A stretch of DNA of 64,000 bases from Fimbriosthenelais zetlandica. Taxonomy: Eukaryota. The notes under the pieces are model-generated. The model was not told where the DNA came from and did no database searches. It saw nothing but the letters and a program-made list of their open reading frames with translations. The DNA lies in assembly GCA_977030845.1 (NCBI GenBank), contig OZ365116.1, forward strand, positions 19,716,001-19,780,000. The letters are read 5' to 3'. The position numbers and the translations under genes are program-made. Positions 60,153 through 64,000 of this stretch are shown in pieces. Numbering within the stretch: position 1 is the stretch's first letter; every line of letters begins with the position of its first letter.

Positions 60153-63100
60153 TATGTAAGTCAAGTATTTATTTTTATTCAGACTCATGCACCTCCATCA
60201 GGCTTTCTTTTTAACCCATTTTCCCAGCTGTGCTTTGTTTTTTCCCTTTGACTCAAGTTCAAATATCCATTCTATATTTATTCCTGCAGCATGAGGGGCA
60301 ACCTTCTTTATATTTTTTTACTGTTATTTTCTATTTTAAATTTTCTATCCACCAGCAGGGATTCTGTCTATTAAATGGTCTAAATAACCGGTCGGTGATC
60401 TCGTGTATCTGAAGTAACATCAATCTAACCCTTTCACTACCAGACTTGGACACCAATTTGTTCTGGTTTTTCTCCATCAATCACCCTGGATTAGTGAGGG
60501 ATCCGGAACAGAGAGAGAATCGCAGTCAGATATGTGATACATTAACGATAAGAGCCAGTAGATGGGAATCATATGAACAGATTACATGCCAAAAATACCA
60601 CTGTCATGGGTACCAAGGAGATCCTCCATCATATTCACAACCTTCCATCCCAACCCATCATTATGGTCGACCATGATTTTATATTTCCCCCCACTTTTTT
60701 CTATTTTCCCCCAAGCGGATCTTCTTCATGGATAACTCTCGCTAATGCACACAGATGGATGAGACTACCCACAAGTCTCTGCAGCTCAGATAACCGGAAA
60801 TGCATGTAGAAAGTGGAGAGTTCCACTTCCGGTGCTTGCCGAAGATGGCGATGGCAAATTTATCAAGCAGAGCTGATACATGGGGGATTGGTAGCAGAGA
60901 AAAAGTTAATGGACATGAGCAACTCAATGTCAAATATGATCCAAATTAGACCAAAGATTCTACTATATCCAGTTGAGCACAGGTTCCTGCTAATGAGCTA
61001 AGCTGATAAGAGGTTTCCTTCGCGGAGTAGGAACTCTTTCATGCCAAATAAAAAGTTGTCTTTTGGTTGGGGCTCTCTGGCAGAGGTCTATAGCTATAAT
61101 AGAATGTTACTCCTTTAATACAAACTATAGTACGACCCAGACAGGTGGACTAGCTGGTAGAGGTGTAGAGGGTTGAGCAGTAGGCTCCACCCATGTCTAC
61201 AGTCTGACTCAGGTGTTTTTATCTATTTTTCTGCCTCTATCAACAGGTGCACCTGTAGCCACATATATTATATAGCTTCAAACCAGATTATCTTAACACC
61301 AGCATGGTTCAAACCATATTCTTCTTAAATGTGTTCTGAATGGCCAGAGAAGAATTCAGAGCCCTATAGTGAATGTAAGAGGGAGTTGAGGAGCATATCC
61401 TCCATGCATGTAATTATTTGACTGAATCAAATATATTATTCAAGGACTGAGACAATTCTAATTGCACCCATCGAGTATGTAATTATACGGAAGGATCCCA
61501 GGGCAATCATAATCAGGCACACCTGTTCGTCTACATATAATACAATCTAAGCTAAGACTGGAGAATTGGAAGAAGATAATGGACTGCCTGCAGCTTTCCC
61601 ATCAAGAATGGGGACAGTATGTTTTCACATGTTTCCCCACATACATTCATGGTCAACCAATCATGGACCATTCATGGTCAATTCAAGCTCCTTTTTATAA
61701 CATTCAAATTCTTCATGAAAACTTCCTTTGATCTCTCTATGCATTAGGCGGACACCTCCCAAATTAGAATTTCTAATTTGAATTAAGTATTCAATATATG
61801 TGTAATGAAGGTAAATGCAAGTAAAATTGATTCCAAGTTAGTTGTTTTTTCGAGGAAAAGGAATTATTATCCATTGCATGAACATGCATAGTACGAAGCA
61901 TGCGTGCATGTATAATTGAGGTAATGTCTAGAAACAGGTAGGTTCCCATACAATTATCATAATTGCAGGTGGGCCACCTCTATAGTAAAGATTTCGTAAA
62001 ATATATAAATTTAGGCCTATGTTCAGTATAAATTGAAGGAGTGCTCTGAAGGAAAAGGATGGAACAAAGTCCAAATAAATAGACATAAACAAATAAAGTC
62101 ATAAAAAGAGTGTGATCCTATTTGACGAGTATTCAAGGATATGACCCCTTGCCATCTGTCTGTCCTTATTACTTCTGTGTACACAAAGTTCGACCTTCTG
62201 TAATTCTGTTCACCAATCTCACAAAATACCATTCAGATGATCCATTATAGAGGTAAAGACAACATGACATGTGATACTCTGATCTTCTTTTCTGCTCCCA
62301 TTTTTCAGCCAAAATAGAATAGGAAAATAACTGGGTGATGCGTGCTGACAAGTCGTCTTGGCGACCAAATACGAGGGGGACGCGATTATCTCTAAGCACA
62401 GGTGAATTTGGTACCGGGCCAGCAATGGTGGGGGGGAGGGGGCAGAGATTATACAGGGATAGCTCTTTTTTGGAGGCATTGTGCCGTATCATGTAACCTT
62501 CTGTTGCCCTATCCCGTTTCATGGTAACAAAGAGTTGCAAAATCCCATGACATGACAAGAGCAGGGCTTGTTCTCTCAGTAGATAAGGCACGTGTGTACA
62601 TAGACCAGTCCTTGATACATAACAGTATCACACGCAATCACCTTGGAGTCCAATATTTAGTTAGACAATTTCTTCAAATTTGGAAATTTTCCATAACAAT
62701 AATGTTCTGCAAACGGGTCCTTATGCATTCGACCATATATCGGTCTTAGTTAAAACATGGAAGTTAGGACAAGGCTGCTGAAACTATGTTAGAAATGAAT
62801 GTCACCTTTCCACATGAGCACACTAGTAGGTCATGCTAATTCTGTGAAGATAAACTGATCGTATAGAGTGTACATGAGGCTTATTGTATAAATCCCGTCT
62901 ATATACCATGATTGATTGTCGCTTTACTGACCCCCATGCATCACATCACATATGATGAAGTTACATTATAGTATACAGACATAGACCATGTACATACCTA
63001 GATATACTGATGTACACACGTTACCTAACATACCATGGACTAAGATAGGGGGCCTTAATTATTTAATTAAAGTGTAATTTTACCCTTGTCATCGAGGTCA

Positions 63101-64000
63101 TCTTCACTGTCAGAGTAGGTGGTAACGGGCACTACTGTCACCCCCAGAGCCTCCATGTTGAGTGCCAGAAAGGGAGAAGGTATCCAGAGGTATAAATCCA
63201 GAAAACTTACTCCAGGGCTACTCCTGGGTATGCAGCTGTACAAACAGGCCTTGATATACCCGACTATAAGAGCATGAGCTCAGTTTCTATATATCTCACT
63301 CACTTATACTTACTCATAGACTCACTCATCCCAATGAGAGGTGTAATGTTGCTCATTGCTTGGGATTCAGACTACTGAGTCTACGTATATATGCACATAA
63401 GGAATGTACCAAGTATAGCAAAACATGTCTAGGTGCCAAACAATTATCCTGGGTAATTGTATACTAAATGAAATAGACAGGTAGAGCGGATCGAGTCATC
63501 AACATATCGAGGTCCATAATCCCTATACATCCCTTCTGTTAGAATCAACTCAAATATGAGATGATAGTATCTAGGTGCAAAGTTGGCAATATCTTTGGAT
63601 ATATTCTGCAAAGTGTGCTTCCAGTTATGCATAGGTAAAAGAGGAATTTCAAGTTCCAAACTGTGCCGTAATGGTGGGTGCTTTCATGCTCATGATGGGA
63701 AACATATTTGCTTGATATAAGTATATCAACTCCAACAGTGATTCCTCCCACTGCTCTCTAGATATTAGAGGATGGAGATATAATTCCAAAGGCAAATGTT
63801 ATACAGGGCTGGCTATAGATGGAAGTGTTGATGAAGAAATGAAGCCAGGTATATAGGTGAATCAGACAGCATGATGACTGAGCCTGCTCAAGGTAACAGC
63901 TCCATGAGTATTATAGTGTATGAAGGATGAGTGAGGGTAGTGTGTGAAATGTACTGTAAAGAGTAGAATTAACCTAGATGGGTGTCCCTTTACACTTCAC

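Noticed and set aside
63211-63235. 25-nt segment with acceptor and GGA|gtaagt donor
   Set aside because: In-frame TAG in the frame needed to join the phase-1 acceptor at 54759.
54759-64000. Search for upstream calponin-homology (CH) domain exons of NAV
   Set aside because: No IYTDWAN/DL..DG.LL/ILGLFF-like peptides with splice sites found by eye; they presumably lie beyond the window. A TBLASTN would settle it.

Overview
Eukaryotic (animal) genomic DNA, AT-rich by eye, lying almost entirely inside one large minus-strand gene: a neuron navigator family member (vertebrate NAV1/2/3, Drosophila sickie, C. elegans unc-53). Five coding exons chain together with canonical GT-AG sites and matching phases: 54758-52385, 12074-10231, 5111-5059, 4930-4907 and 1729-1655. 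Across the junctions they read ...AGIPDED-S-FDDSSSISSGEISDTINEISTDENLTGSS...SKDED-I-HGSALSLVSSCSSAYST-ADEKAAAE-ILKLRKELESAQEKVGSLSGQLNTN. I did not find the N-terminal CH-domain exons or the C-terminal coiled-coil/AAA-ATPase exons, so the gene probably extends past both ends of the window. The rest is intron (one intron is 40.3 kb) holding microsatellites, a 37-bp minisatellite, a 463-bp tandem duplication, decayed L2/CR1-like RT and SINE relics, and several transcription-factor motif clusters. A lophotrochozoan-type invertebrate source is my inference only. I see no CRISPR array, intact transposon, RNA gene or clearly new biological system. The best leads are unannotated-looking isoform architecture: a frame-preserving 42-nt cassette exon with downstream splicing-regulator motifs, and a candidate internal first exon next to a K50-homeodomain site cluster. 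All motif and splice calls were made by eye, without scoring tools.
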